Positions 28,896-38,028 of a stretch of DNA of 64,000 bases are shown here, one piece after another; within the stretch, counting starts at the first letter, position 1, and every line of letters begins with the position of its first letter. The notes beneath the pieces are model-generated. The model was not told where the DNA came from, searched no databases, and saw only the letters and a list, made by a program, of their open reading frames with translations. The stretch is from the NCBI GenBank assembly GCA_905478415.1, contig CAJQIG010000001.1, positions 245,892 to 309,891 on the forward strand, given 5' to 3'. The DNA is from an uncultured Patescibacteria group bacterium (GTDB taxonomy: Bacteria; Patescibacteriota; Microgenomatia; UBA1400; PJMF01). A program made the position numbers and the translations under genes.

Positions 28896-30702
28896 CACTA
28901 TTCAAATAAACTACCAAAACTTACAAAAATGGAAATCTAAACGCCTGCGAAAATATCGTGCAAAACAAGAAAAAAAACGTAGAGAAAAACTTTCTCTACA
29001 ATTTAGTTTTGGCGAACAAGACCAAGTGGATATGATTTCGTACTCAGGACTTATGGAAGAGTCTACCTATGTACAAATTGGCGATACCTTTGTAAGAACT
29101 CTATTTATTTCAGGCTATCCTTATGTAGCTAATGTTGGTTGGCTGAATATGTTGATCAACTTTAATCATGACCTTGATATTTCATACCATATTGAACATG
29201 TTGATCCCTTAATGGCTCTGCCTAAACTAAATCGCAAAATCACAGAACTTGAATCCACTAAAAGAACCATGCTTAAGGCAGGAAAAGTAATTGGTTCTGA
29301 GATCACAGACCCACTTGAGTCTGCCATGGAGCTAAAAGATAAAATCCAACGAGGCCAGGAGAAACTCTTTCAAATTTCCATCTACATGACTCTGAGTGCC
29401 ACAAGTTTTGAAGAACTGAACAAGACTACTCAAGTTTTGGAAACAATCATGGCTTCTAGAATGTTTTATATCAAGTCTGCCACCTTTCAACAGCTTGAAG
29501 GTCTGCAATCTATTCTGCCACGAGGAGAAAATTTACTTAATCAAAAAAGAAATCTAGATAGTTCAAGCGCTGCTTTAACTTTCCCATTTGTTTCATCAGA
29601 ACTAGTCCAAGAATCTGGTATTTTGTATGGCATTAACAAATCAAATAACTCGTTGGTTATTGTTGACAGATTTTCTCTCAATAATGCTAACTCAATTATC
29701 TTTGCTCAATCAGGGAGTGGTAAAAGCTACATTGCTAAAGTTGAGATTTTAAGACAACTCATGCAACAAACCAAAGTCATAGTGATTGACCCAGAGCGAG
29801 AATACAAACAGCTAGCAAAATCTATTGGTGGTACTTATATACGAATGTCAGCAACTTCAAAAGAAAAAATTAACCCTTTTGATTTTTCACTCAAGACTGT
29901 AACAGGACAAAATGGTCTTGCCGAACACATCCAAGATCTAACCGAGATTATTTCCCTGATGGCAGGCTCACTATCTGATGAAGAGCGAGCTGTGGTAGAT
30001 AAAGCCTTGATAAAAACATACAAACAGTTTGGCATCACCATGCGTAAACAAAAATATGAGGGGAAAATAAAATTTCCACTGTTAAAAGACTTTTATAAAA
30101 CGCTTAAAGCCATGAAACAAAAAGATCTATGCCACAGACTAGATAAGTTTGTGACTGGTTCACTATCTAGTGTATTTACCTCCCAAACCAACGTAGACCT
30201 CTCAAACCGACTTGTTGTCTTTGATATCAAAGATCTAGATGAATCCTTGAGACAAATCATGATTTTAGCCACTGCTAACTTTGTACACTCAGAGGTTAAA
30301 TCAAATCCTCAAAAACGAATCCTCGTGATCGATGAAGCTTGGTTGCTATTGCAACACGAAGAAAGTGCTCGGTTTTTAGCAGGCTTAGTAAGACGTGCTC
30401 GTAAACATTACTTAGGTGTCACTCTAATTTCCCAGCAAGCAAACGACTTTTTAAATCAAGAATATGGTAGAGCCATTGCCTCACAATCATCACTAAGAAT
30501 ATTGATGAAACAGGACACTACTTCTATCAAGAAAGTTGTCCAAGAGTTCAACTTAAGTGAATATGAACAGCAATTTTTACTAACCTGTGATCGAGGTGAG
30601 GCTCTAATTATTGCAGACCAAAATCATGTGGCGGTAAAAATTATAGCTTCTAAAAAAGAACACCCAATGCTTACCACTGATCCGAAAGACTTATACTTAT
30701 AA
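28888..30702 (+). CDS. VirB4/TrbE-family conjugation ATPase, C-terminal 604 aa with Walker A and B motifs
   Basis: Walker A FAQSGSGKSY and Walker B RILVIDEAWLL, plus the conserved middle region (FISGYPYVANVGWLNMLINFNHDLDISYHIE). No SD precedes this ATG, which suggests a frameshift or split within one VirB4 gene. Confidence 0.85.
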   Translation: MFNTIQINYQNLQKWKSKRLRKYRAKQEKKRREKLSLQFSFGEQDQVDMISYSGLMEESTYVQIGDTFVRTLFISGYPYVANVGWLNMLINFNHDLDISYHIEHVDPLMALPKLNRKITELESTKRTMLKAGKVIGSEITDPLESAMELKDKIQRGQEKLFQISIYMTLSATSFEELNKTTQVLETIMASRMFYIKSATFQQLEGLQSILPRGENLLNQKRNLDSSSAALTFPFVSSELVQESGILYGINKSNNSLVIVDRFSLNNANSIIFAQSGSGKSYIAKVEILRQLMQQTKVIVIDPEREYKQLAKSIGGTYIRMSATSKEKINPFDFSLKTVTGQNGLAEHIQDLTEIISLMAGSLSDEERAVVDKALIKTYKQFGITMRKQKYEGKIKFPLLKDFYKTLKAMKQKDLCHRLDKFVTGSLSSVFTSQTNVDLSNRLVVFDIKDLDESLRQIMILATANFVHSEVKSNPQKRILVIDEAWLLLQHEESARFLAGLVRRARKHYLGVTLISQQANDFLNQEYGRAIASQSSLRILMKQDTTSIKKVVQEFNLSEYEQQFLLTCDRGEALIIADQNHVAVKIIASKKEHPMLTTDPKDLYL

Positions 30703-31320
30703 ATGCATGCCATATTTACTGCACACACCATCTGGTCATTTAGAAAAGAACTTCAGTTTGTAGCTTTTGCCTTTTTAGTTTTAATTTCATTACCAATTAT
30801 TGCTGTAATTATTTTGACTCACACTGGAGTAAATATTGTTTCGGATGCTTTGATCGATGTTAATCCAGAATCTCAAACTATCCAAATTAAAAATCCAGCA
30901 GATGGAACAGTTGTAAAAGAAGTATCAAAGGAAGTGGCATGGCCAGTACAAGGTGTCACAACACTTGAGTTCGCCAAATCAAGTGGTTACCAAAAATTCC
31001 ATGCGGGAATAGATATTGCAAATTCACAAGGAAAAGTTGGTGATAAAATCACCCCATTTATGGAGGGAACTGTTATTTACGAAGGTGAAATATTTTGGGG
31101 TTATGGAAAACATGTGATTATTGATCATGGTGATAACATCACTTCTCTCTATGCTCATCTTAATAGAATTCAGGTTTTTAAAGGACAAAAAGTAAATGTG
31201 GGTGATACTATCGGAAATATGGGTAGCACTGGTTGGTCTACGGGGCCTCACTTGCATTTTGAGGTGAGGGTTTATGGGGTGCCGGTGAATCCGAAGGCGA
31301 TATTACAAGATACAAACTAG
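30703..31320 (+). CDS. M23-family (LytM-like) peptidoglycan endopeptidase with an N-terminal TM anchor; T4SS cell-wall hydrolase
   Basis: HAGIDIA ... GDTIGNMGSTGWSTGPHLHFEV, the HxxxD and HxH zinc motifs of peptidase M23. Confidence 0.85.
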   Translation: MHAIFTAHTIWSFRKELQFVAFAFLVLISLPIIAVIILTHTGVNIVSDALIDVNPESQTIQIKNPADGTVVKEVSKEVAWPVQGVTTLEFAKSSGYQKFHAGIDIANSQGKVGDKITPFMEGTVIYEGEIFWGYGKHVIIDHGDNITSLYAHLNRIQVFKGQKVNVGDTIGNMGSTGWSTGPHLHFEVRVYGVPVNPKAILQDTN

Positions 31321-31343
31321 CACTATATTGATAGAATGAACTT

Positions 31344-34300
31344 ATGGATTTAAAAAAAATTGATTTTAAACATTTAGCTCCAAAGACTGGGGATCAACGT
31401 ACTTCTTTTGAAGAATTATGTTGTCAGATTGCTTTGTATTCAGATAATGTACCCAAAGACAGTAAACCACATCGCCTAAGGGGTGATGGTGGTGATGGTG
31501 GTGTTGAATTTTACTGGGAGCTTCCGAATGGTGAAGAGTGGGGATGGCAAGCAAAATATGTGTTTGATTTAGGTAAGGTTAAAACTCAAGCTAAAAAATC
31601 GTTTGAGACTGCGATGGTAGTTCATCCAAGATTAACACGTTATTTTATTTGTATACCTTTTGATTTAACTGGAAATACAAAAAGGGGGAAAGGTGAAACG
31701 GAAAAGTGGGAGGAATTTAAAAAGGAATTAGAGCAACTAGCAAAAAATGAGAAACGAAAAATAGAGGTAGTGCTAGAACAACGTTTTGAGCTCCTTGATA
31801 AGTTGCTCCAAATGGATCCTTCTTTGGGAAGAATTAGATTCTGGTTCGAAAAAGATTTATTTAGTGAAAAGTGGTTTGGAGAGCATGTAGCAACCACAGT
31901 GAATAATATTCCTAGATACACTCCCAAACTTAAGGTTGATACGGATTTATTTAGAAAGCTAATGGCATTCACTCAGACTGGTGGTTGGGCGGATGGTTTA
32001 AAAAAGATTTATGAGGAATTTAAAGATAAAGCATATTATTGGTCTTCCACTGTGGAAACAAAAGATGACAAAGGTTGGGGTGCAAAATTTCCCGAAGAGT
32101 TGGTTGAGCGGGGAAAGGTTAGTGTTGATAAGGTCAATGTTGTTAAAAAGGTCATTGAGGACCTCTTGGTACAAGAGATAGTCCCCAGTGATGTCACTGC
32201 GTTGTTAAATCAAATTGACGACGCAACCACATATTTAAGGGAGCTTTCTAGAGATATTCGGGCTCAACTCGTGGAACAGCACGGTGAGGCTGCAGTTGAA
32301 TCAGCTAATTTTAGACAATGGAATGCTGAATGGATGGTGAGCTTTCCGATGGCTAATTTAGACTCAAGTAAAGATTTAATAAATCTACTAGAACAAGTAA
32401 GACTCTGGGTTAAAGAAAACTATATCGATTTATATAACTCAAAACTTCTTTTGCTAACTGGAGGATGGGGTGTGGGCAAAACTTTTGCTATTTGTGACTT
32501 GGCTGAACTGAGAAGAGTAAACAAGCAGCTAACTGTTTTGTTGTTTGGAGATGGCTTTATCGGTGGTACTGAGCCATGGGTCAAGATTCAAGAGCAGCTA
32601 GGGATTAATTTTGACTCCAAAGAAGCACTATTTGAGGCACTAGAGACAAGTGCAGAAACCTCAGGTTTTCCCTTATTGTTGTGCATTGACGCAATAAACG
32701 AAACAGAACCTAAAAGCTACTGGCAGAAAAAGTTGAGATTATTGGCAGCAGAGATAGAAAAGTATCCAAACTTAAATCTTTGTGTATCCTGTAGAACATC
32801 ATATAAGGATTATTTAGTTAGGGATGAGGTTGGTTTCATTGAAGCGAAGCATCCGGGATTCAAGGGAATTGAAAATGAAGCAGTCAATGCTTTTTTTAAT
32901 CATTTTGGCATCAAACCTCCATCGACGCCAATTATTCATCCTGAGTTTTCTAACCCATTGTTTCTAAAACTTGTCTGTCAAACTTTGCAGGCAAAAGGGC
33001 TGAAACAAATGCCAAAAGGCTGGCAGGGAATTAACACGGTAATACAGGCGTTTTTAGATAATAAAAATAGAGAATACGGTGAACAAAATGGGATAGATAA
33101 ACGGCATAAAATACCAGAGAAGGCACTCCAGTCTTTCGTTGGTGAGGCAAAGAGATTGCAAAAATCACTTCTTACTTGGGATGAAGCAAATACTGCAGTA
33201 GGTGCTGTATTGAAAGAGTCGGGAGTTGAAAATAGCACAAAAACCCCCTTGCTGGATTGGCTTATTGATGAGCATCTTTTGTTTGTTGATGCGGCACCTG
33301 CTGGTAGCAATAAGGAGAGAGAGCATGTCAGGATATCATTTGAAAGGTTGGGAGATCATCTGCTTGCATCCAGCTTTATTGAAGGCAAGGATGAATCAAA
33401 TTTAAAGAAGGATTTTTTGAGTGAAGGTGATTTAAATTTCCTTGTGGCTGATGCCAGCAGCATAGAGTCGAATCGGGGGCTATTAGAAGCTCTTTCGATT
33501 CAAATACCAGAAAGATTTAATTTGGAACTGAGCGATATTGTAGAAAATGATATTTTGGTTCAAATATCTGATCTGGTTATAGAACAACTTCACTGGCGAG
33601 ACCCTTCATATTTTGGCTCAAAAACTAAAATTCTAATTAATCGTGCTTTAAGAAATCAGAAGTCTTATCTAGCATTTGATGCACTTTTACTCAGTTCCTT
33701 TACTCCTTCTGACATAGATGCTTATTTCTTAGATGATTTGTTAAGAGCTAAGACAATGATTCAAAGGGACCCTTATTGGTGTGGTTATTTGTATTCGAGA
33801 TATGGTGACAATGAAGAGGGTAAAGATCTAGTCAAGAGAATACTTAACAACTCATTAAATCAAGAAATTCAGAATATACCTGAAGATCGTTTGGAAAGAT
33901 GGTGTATCACTTTAGGTTGGTTTTGTGCTGCAGCTGATAGAAGAATCAGAGATGGGGCAACCAAGGCATTAATCAATATAACTCAGACTAATCCAGCGAT
34001 ATGGGAAAAACTACTGAAACATTTTGGATCACTTGATGACGACTATATTATTGAAAGAACGTTAGCTGCAGCTTATGGCGTGTTACTTCTAACTAGACAT
34101 AAACCCACAGAAAAGAAACTAGCGAAAGTGGTAGACAATGTAATTTTTTCAAAAGTTGAAGTAATACACAACGCCGTTATAAGAGACTATGCTCGTTGTA
34201 TCATCGAATTGGCTATTTTGGATAAGGCAATGGCAAAAAAAGATGTCAAAAATGCCTTCTTAACTCCATATGCAAGTGATCCAAAACTGTTAAGAATCCC

Positions 34301-35552
34301 GAGTGATAAGGAAATTGAGGATGCTGAGCCGTTAGTGGAAAAGACAAAGCTGAAACTAAGTTGCTTTAGTGATGATTTTTTTAATTACACACTCGGATCG
34401 TTACGCCAATATGATCATTTTATGAATAAGAAAAATATGGCTAAGTGGGTTTTTATTCACATAGTGAACTTGGGTTATAGTAGGGCTAATTTTGAAAACT
34501 ATGAAGGTTACATGATGTTCACTCATGGTGGAGGGAGAGGTAAGCCAATTTGGGCTGAGAGAATAGGTAAGAAATACCAATGGATGGCTTTATTTAGATT
34601 GGCAGGCTTATTATCTGACAATGTAGAAATTAAGGCTGATAGTTGGGAACCGGAGCCATTGGTAACTCCACTTTCATTTGAGCGTGGTAGGCAGATTGAC
34701 CCATCAATACTAGTTAAAGAGCCTCAAACCCAAGCCTTTTACGATGACGACTTGTTTTGCAGATATAATTTTGATTTAAAAGAAAAATTATCTGATGAGG
34801 AATGGATTAAGTTTAAAGATGATCTGCCAACATTTGGCGATATTCAGAAAGATCACGGGGGAAAAGACCATATTCTGCTTAATGGACATATGGATCAGTC
34901 TAATAAAGGTGAGTTTGATAAATCAAACAGCAAACATCGAAGGTTTTGGATGTTAATTGATAGCTACCTCGTGAATCAGGATGATATAGAAAAAGCATGG
35001 AATTGGTTGTCTAAAAAGAACTTTATGGGAAGATGGATGCCAGATGGTGCAGAACATCATGATGGTTTCATAGGAGAATATCCATGGGGTACTCCCTTCA
35101 ATATCTACAAAGACTCCTATCTTAGCTATGGTCGGGACCCAGATAATGAAAAGTTTCCTTGTACTTTTTTTCCTACTGACGCAACTTTGCACTCGAGCGA
35201 AGAATATGATTCCTCAGGGCATAGCAATTTTGTTATAAAGGTTCCATCAAAGATTTTTTTTGAGAAAAGTAAACTTGAATGGAACAATGTTGACGGGTAT
35301 AAGTCTGGCAACAAACTTGTTTTTTTAGATCCTTCAATTTGCTCAAAAAGGAAAGGTGCACTTTTGGTGGAAAAAAAGTACTTAAGGAATTTTCTAGATA
35401 AAAATGGTTACGTTTTGATTTGGACTGTATTGGCTGAAAAATTAATAATGGGGATTGATAACAGCTTCATCCGACAAACATTTAACCAAATTCATTTGTT
35501 AAATAACAAAGGAGAATTTGAATCTTCAGTACCCAATATACTAGTAAAGTAA
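31344..35552 (+). CDS. 1402-aa NACHT/STAND-like P-loop NTPase with an N-terminal restriction-endonuclease-like (PD-D/ExK-type) domain and a roughly 950-aa C-terminal sensor-like region
   Basis: Walker A LLLLTGGWGVGKTF (about aa 370), Walker B LLLCIDAINE, and a sensor-like CVSCRTS. The N-terminus GDGGDGGVEFYWE...EEWGWQAKY resembles D...(E/Q)xK nuclease motifs. The long C-terminal region is helical with no recognisable repeats. Confidence 0.7.
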   Translation: MDLKKIDFKHLAPKTGDQRTSFEELCCQIALYSDNVPKDSKPHRLRGDGGDGGVEFYWELPNGEEWGWQAKYVFDLGKVKTQAKKSFETAMVVHPRLTRYFICIPFDLTGNTKRGKGETEKWEEFKKELEQLAKNEKRKIEVVLEQRFELLDKLLQMDPSLGRIRFWFEKDLFSEKWFGEHVATTVNNIPRYTPKLKVDTDLFRKLMAFTQTGGWADGLKKIYEEFKDKAYYWSSTVETKDDKGWGAKFPEELVERGKVSVDKVNVVKKVIEDLLVQEIVPSDVTALLNQIDDATTYLRELSRDIRAQLVEQHGEAAVESANFRQWNAEWMVSFPMANLDSSKDLINLLEQVRLWVKENYIDLYNSKLLLLTGGWGVGKTFAICDLAELRRVNKQLTVLLFGDGFIGGTEPWVKIQEQLGINFDSKEALFEALETSAETSGFPLLLCIDAINETEPKSYWQKKLRLLAAEIEKYPNLNLCVSCRTSYKDYLVRDEVGFIEAKHPGFKGIENEAVNAFFNHFGIKPPSTPIIHPEFSNPLFLKLVCQTLQAKGLKQMPKGWQGINTVIQAFLDNKNREYGEQNGIDKRHKIPEKALQSFVGEAKRLQKSLLTWDEANTAVGAVLKESGVENSTKTPLLDWLIDEHLLFVDAAPAGSNKEREHVRISFERLGDHLLASSFIEGKDESNLKKDFLSEGDLNFLVADASSIESNRGLLEALSIQIPERFNLELSDIVENDILVQISDLVIEQLHWRDPSYFGSKTKILINRALRNQKSYLAFDALLLSSFTPSDIDAYFLDDLLRAKTMIQRDPYWCGYLYSRYGDNEEGKDLVKRILNNSLNQEIQNIPEDRLERWCITLGWFCAAADRRIRDGATKALINITQTNPAIWEKLLKHFGSLDDDYIIERTLAAAYGVLLLTRHKPTEKKLAKVVDNVIFSKVEVIHNAVIRDYARCIIELAILDKAMAKKDVKNAFLTPYASDPKLLRIPSDKEIEDAEPLVEKTKLKLSCFSDDFFNYTLGSLRQYDHFMNKKNMAKWVFIHIVNLGYSRANFENYEGYMMFTHGGGRGKPIWAERIGKKYQWMALFRLAGLLSDNVEIKADSWEPEPLVTPLSFERGRQIDPSILVKEPQTQAFYDDDLFCRYNFDLKEKLSDEEWIKFKDDLPTFGDIQKDHGGKDHILLNGHMDQSNKGEFDKSNSKHRRFWMLIDSYLVNQDDIEKAWNWLSKKNFMGRWMPDGAEHHDGFIGEYPWGTPFNIYKDSYLSYGRDPDNEKFPCTFFPTDATLHSSEEYDSSGHSNFVIKVPSKIFFEKSKLEWNNVDGYKSGNKLVFLDPSICSKRKGALLVEKKYLRNFLDKNGYVLIWTVLAEKLIMGIDNSFIRQTFNQIHLLNNKGEFESSVPNILVK

Positions 35553-35564
35553 TATAATATTCTT

Positions 35565-35771
35565 ATGGCATCACAACAAAAATTCGGACAAAACTTAAGA
35601 GTAGCTAGAAAAAAAGCTAACCTTACCCAACAGCAAATAGCTGACAAAGCTAAAATGCATGTTAATTATTATGCTCGTATTGAGCGTGGTGGGGAAAATC
35701 CTTCTTATGAAGCTCTAGAAAAGATAATTAAGGCCTTAGGCATAAAATCTTCAGAAGTCTTACCATTCTAA
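35565..35771 (+). CDS. XRE-family helix-turn-helix transcriptional regulator (68 aa)
   Basis: LRVARKKANLTQQQIADKAKMHVNYYARIERGGENPSYEALEKIIKALGI is a canonical Cro/C1 HTH. Starts 12 nt after the STAND gene stop. Confidence 0.75.
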   Translation: MASQQKFGQNLRVARKKANLTQQQIADKAKMHVNYYARIERGGENPSYEALEKIIKALGIKSSEVLPF

Positions 35772-35974
35772 CTATCTCTAGTAACTTCACCATCATCAGA
35801 TACTTTTAATTTTCCTGACTTAAGGTCTTCATCTACTTTATCTACTAAAACACCAGCCAACTGCATTAAACCTTTGACTGTTTTGATAGCATTTTCACGA
35901 GTAGCTTTTTTTGGATCTTTTTCCTCAAGCATTTTTAATGCCTTTTGAATTTCTTCTTCTGTTGGTTTTCTCAT
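35768..35974 (-). CDS. Small charged hypothetical protein (68 aa)
   Basis: ORF convergent with the HTH gene, preceded by the palindrome at 35994-36006. Confidence 0.35.
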   Translation of the reverse strand: MRKPTEEEIQKALKMLEEKDPKKATRENAIKTVKGLMQLAGVLVDKVDEDLKSGKLKVSDDGEVTRDS

Positions 35975-35993
35975 TTTTTCTTTCTAAATGTGT

Positions 35994-36006
35994 TGATAGT
36001 CTATCA
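35994..36006. promoter_or_regulatory. Perfect 13-bp palindrome TGATAGTCTATCA; operator candidate
   Basis: TGATAG/CTATCA arms around a single T. Located 20 nt upstream of the minus-strand ATG at 35974 and downstream of the PLD gene. Confidence 0.35.
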
Positions 36007-36011
36007 TGAAA

Positions 36012-36467
36012 TTAAATAAATCTCTCGAGTTTTAGAAAATTAAACATCTTCTTAGCATGACCATCACCAATTATTCTACGCATAACTTCTTTACTATTAT
36101 TCTGTGAGAGTATATTTAAACTACCTTCCCACAAAACTTCTCTATCTATAATAGCTAACTTACGGTGATGATTATTTGTAGTTACAAAAACCTGCACACC
36201 AATTCTTTCAAAATATTCAATTACTTCTTCAGCTTGATACCTCATGTCTTTTAAATGTTTCTTTGGATCTCTGGTAATCACATATACCTTTACACCTTTA
36301 GAAATCAGTTTTTCAAAAACAGAACAAAGCTTGAGGGTTCTACCATTTGTAATAAATGGACTTTCAATCACGACTTCACGTTCTGCGTGAAGTAAATCTC
36401 TCTCAAACTGTTTATAAAAAGTTGTCTCGTCAAAAAGTGAAGTTTTAAACATTTTGTTTCTCCTCAT
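36012..36467 (-). CDS. Phospholipase-D-family nuclease (single HKD domain, Nuc/NucT-like endonuclease)
   Basis: HxK(x)4D motif in NNHHRKLAIIDREVLWEGSLN (H-R-K-L-A-I-I-D). Size is about 150 aa, like the pKM101 Nuc protein. Confidence 0.8.
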   Translation of the reverse strand: MRRNKMFKTSLFDETTFYKQFERDLLHAEREVVIESPFITNGRTLKLCSVFEKLISKGVKVYVITRDPKKHLKDMRYQAEEVIEYFERIGVQVFVTTNNHHRKLAIIDREVLWEGSLNILSQNNSKEVMRRIIGDGHAKKMFNFLKLERFI

Positions 36468-36485
36468 CTATCTTATCATTATATA

Positions 36486-36545
36486 TAAGACGCAGCCTCT
36501 CGAGGTTTTCAAGAAATGGTTCAAACTGAGTTACCTTAGGGTCAC
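36486..36545. repeat. 60-bp direct repeat, copy A (51/60 identical to copy B at 37803-37862); upstream element of the PLD nuclease gene
   Basis: TAAGACGCAGCCTCTCGAGGTTTTCAAGAAATGGTTCAAACTGAGTTACCTTAGGGTCAC. On the minus strand it carries a -35-like TTGAAA followed 18 nt later by TTATAT(ATAAT). Confidence 0.7.
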
Positions 36546-36594
36546 CAAAGGAGACCGTTCCAAAACTCAACAAATTAGATAAACGAGCAACTCT

Positions 36595-37653
36595 TTACTC
36601 AAAATGCTTTGTATAAAATTCAACTGTTCTCTGCATTGCTAAAGAAAAGCTAGGATCTTCTATATTGTGCCCACCATTTGGATATTCCCATAGTTCTATT
36701 TTAAGATTAGATTCTTTAGTTTTTTCTACTAAGTTTCTACTATATTCAATACTTACTACAGAGTCATTTACAGCATGATGAATCTGAATTGCGGAGTTGG
36801 AGTCTTTGAGGTATTCAATTGGCGACACTTCATTCCAGAATAAACTATCTGAAGAGAATGTTCCATGAATATCAAAAAGCCTTTCCCTTTCTTCTTTTTT
36901 ATTATAGTTAATATCTTGTTTAATATATGAACTATCATTGATAGCATAGTCTTTCATGTCTTGATATGTATACACTGCTCCAGCCCAAATAACACCAGTG
37001 GTAATTTCTGGTCTAGCTGCCATAGTTCTTGATACAATATTTCCGGCCATACTATGTCCCCACAAGCCAATTTTAGATGGATTTACAAAATCAGTTTGCT
37101 GTAAAGCAGTCTGAGCATTCATAACATCTCTAATATAGTCACTAGAATAATATGCTCCATGTGCGTCACCTTCAGATTCTCCATGACCACGCAAATCAAT
37201 TTTAAAAACTACAAAACCACTTCGTGCTAAATAATCAACGTACTCAACATATTTACTTAAAGTCTTATATTGATCTGGAGGAATGTATCCATGAATAAAA
37301 ATTATTGCAGGCCAACCATCACTGGGCTGTTCACCATCAGGAATCGTAAGCAATCCATCAATTTTAAAATCATCTGAAACATAGTTCGTTAAGTAACTAG
37401 TATACTTAGAATTTTGTGATATTTGGTCTAACTCTCCTAACTGACTCTCATAGTAGTACTTCCTCAGATAAGGAATCGTTAACTCCTCAAATGGAACAGT
37501 ATCTTGTACTAAATTTTGATTCGTAGTAAACTCAGTTTCACTTGATTTACTAGATATTTTAGAATTACTTTGATCAGTTCTTATAACAATCAAAAGAATT
37601 ATTGTAAAAATAAATAGAATAAAAATGAACATCAATACATATTTTTGTCTCAT
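36595..37653 (-). CDS. Membrane-anchored alpha/beta hydrolase (S9/dienelactone-hydrolase-like esterase or peptidase)
   Basis: N-terminal TM (LMFIFILFIFTIILLIVI). Nucleophile elbow GLWGHSMAGN (GxSxG), IIFIHGY, and Asp/His downstream (HHAVNDSV...GGHN). Confidence 0.75.
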   Translation of the reverse strand: MRQKYVLMFIFILFIFTIILLIVIRTDQSNSKISSKSSETEFTTNQNLVQDTVPFEELTIPYLRKYYYESQLGELDQISQNSKYTSYLTNYVSDDFKIDGLLTIPDGEQPSDGWPAIIFIHGYIPPDQYKTLSKYVEYVDYLARSGFVVFKIDLRGHGESEGDAHGAYYSSDYIRDVMNAQTALQQTDFVNPSKIGLWGHSMAGNIVSRTMAARPEITTGVIWAGAVYTYQDMKDYAINDSSYIKQDINYNKKEERERLFDIHGTFSSDSLFWNEVSPIEYLKDSNSAIQIHHAVNDSVVSIEYSRNLVEKTKESNLKIELWEYPNGGHNIEDPSFSLAMQRTVEFYTKHFE

Positions 37654-37802
37654 AATACATATTCTATAGTAATAGCATGAGAAATTACTGAGAACATCAT
37701 TGCTCTAGATACTATTTACAAACCTTTTCTATCATTAAAAAAACTTAACAATTAATAATTACTTGGAAAATAAAAATTTATTTGAATTTTTTTCACAATA
37801 TC

Positions 37803-37862
37803 TAAGACGTAGCTCCTCGAGTTTTTCTAAAAATGGTTCAAGCTGAGTTGCTTTAGGGTCAC
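37803..37862. repeat. 60-bp direct repeat, copy B; upstream element of the alpha/beta-hydrolase gene
   Basis: TAAGACGTAGCTCCTCGAGTTTTTCTAAAAATGGTTCAAGCTGAGTTGCTTTAGGGTCAC. 85% identical to copy A, in the same orientation and the same position relative to the downstream gene. Confidence 0.7.
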
Positions 37863-37871
37863 ACAATAAAA

Positions 37872-37897
37872 ATACACGCTACATGCGTGTTTTTTTA
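37872..37897. terminator. Bidirectional Rho-independent terminator-like hairpin (A-tract, ACACGC-TACAT-GCGTGT stem-loop, T7 tract)
   Basis: 6-bp GC-containing stem with a 5-nt loop, flanked by AAAAAT and TTTTTTT. Sits between the attR-side repeat and the hydrolase promoter. Confidence 0.5.
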
Positions 37898-38028
37898 TTG
37901 TTTGTTCTTGCAGTGGAAATTAATCACTGAACGTAGTGAAGTAGTTCTGCCACATGGTGAGTGACACCTGTCACGAACCAGGTTAATGCATGTGAGCGTC
38001 ATCAAGTAGATATAGATTGCAAATCGTA

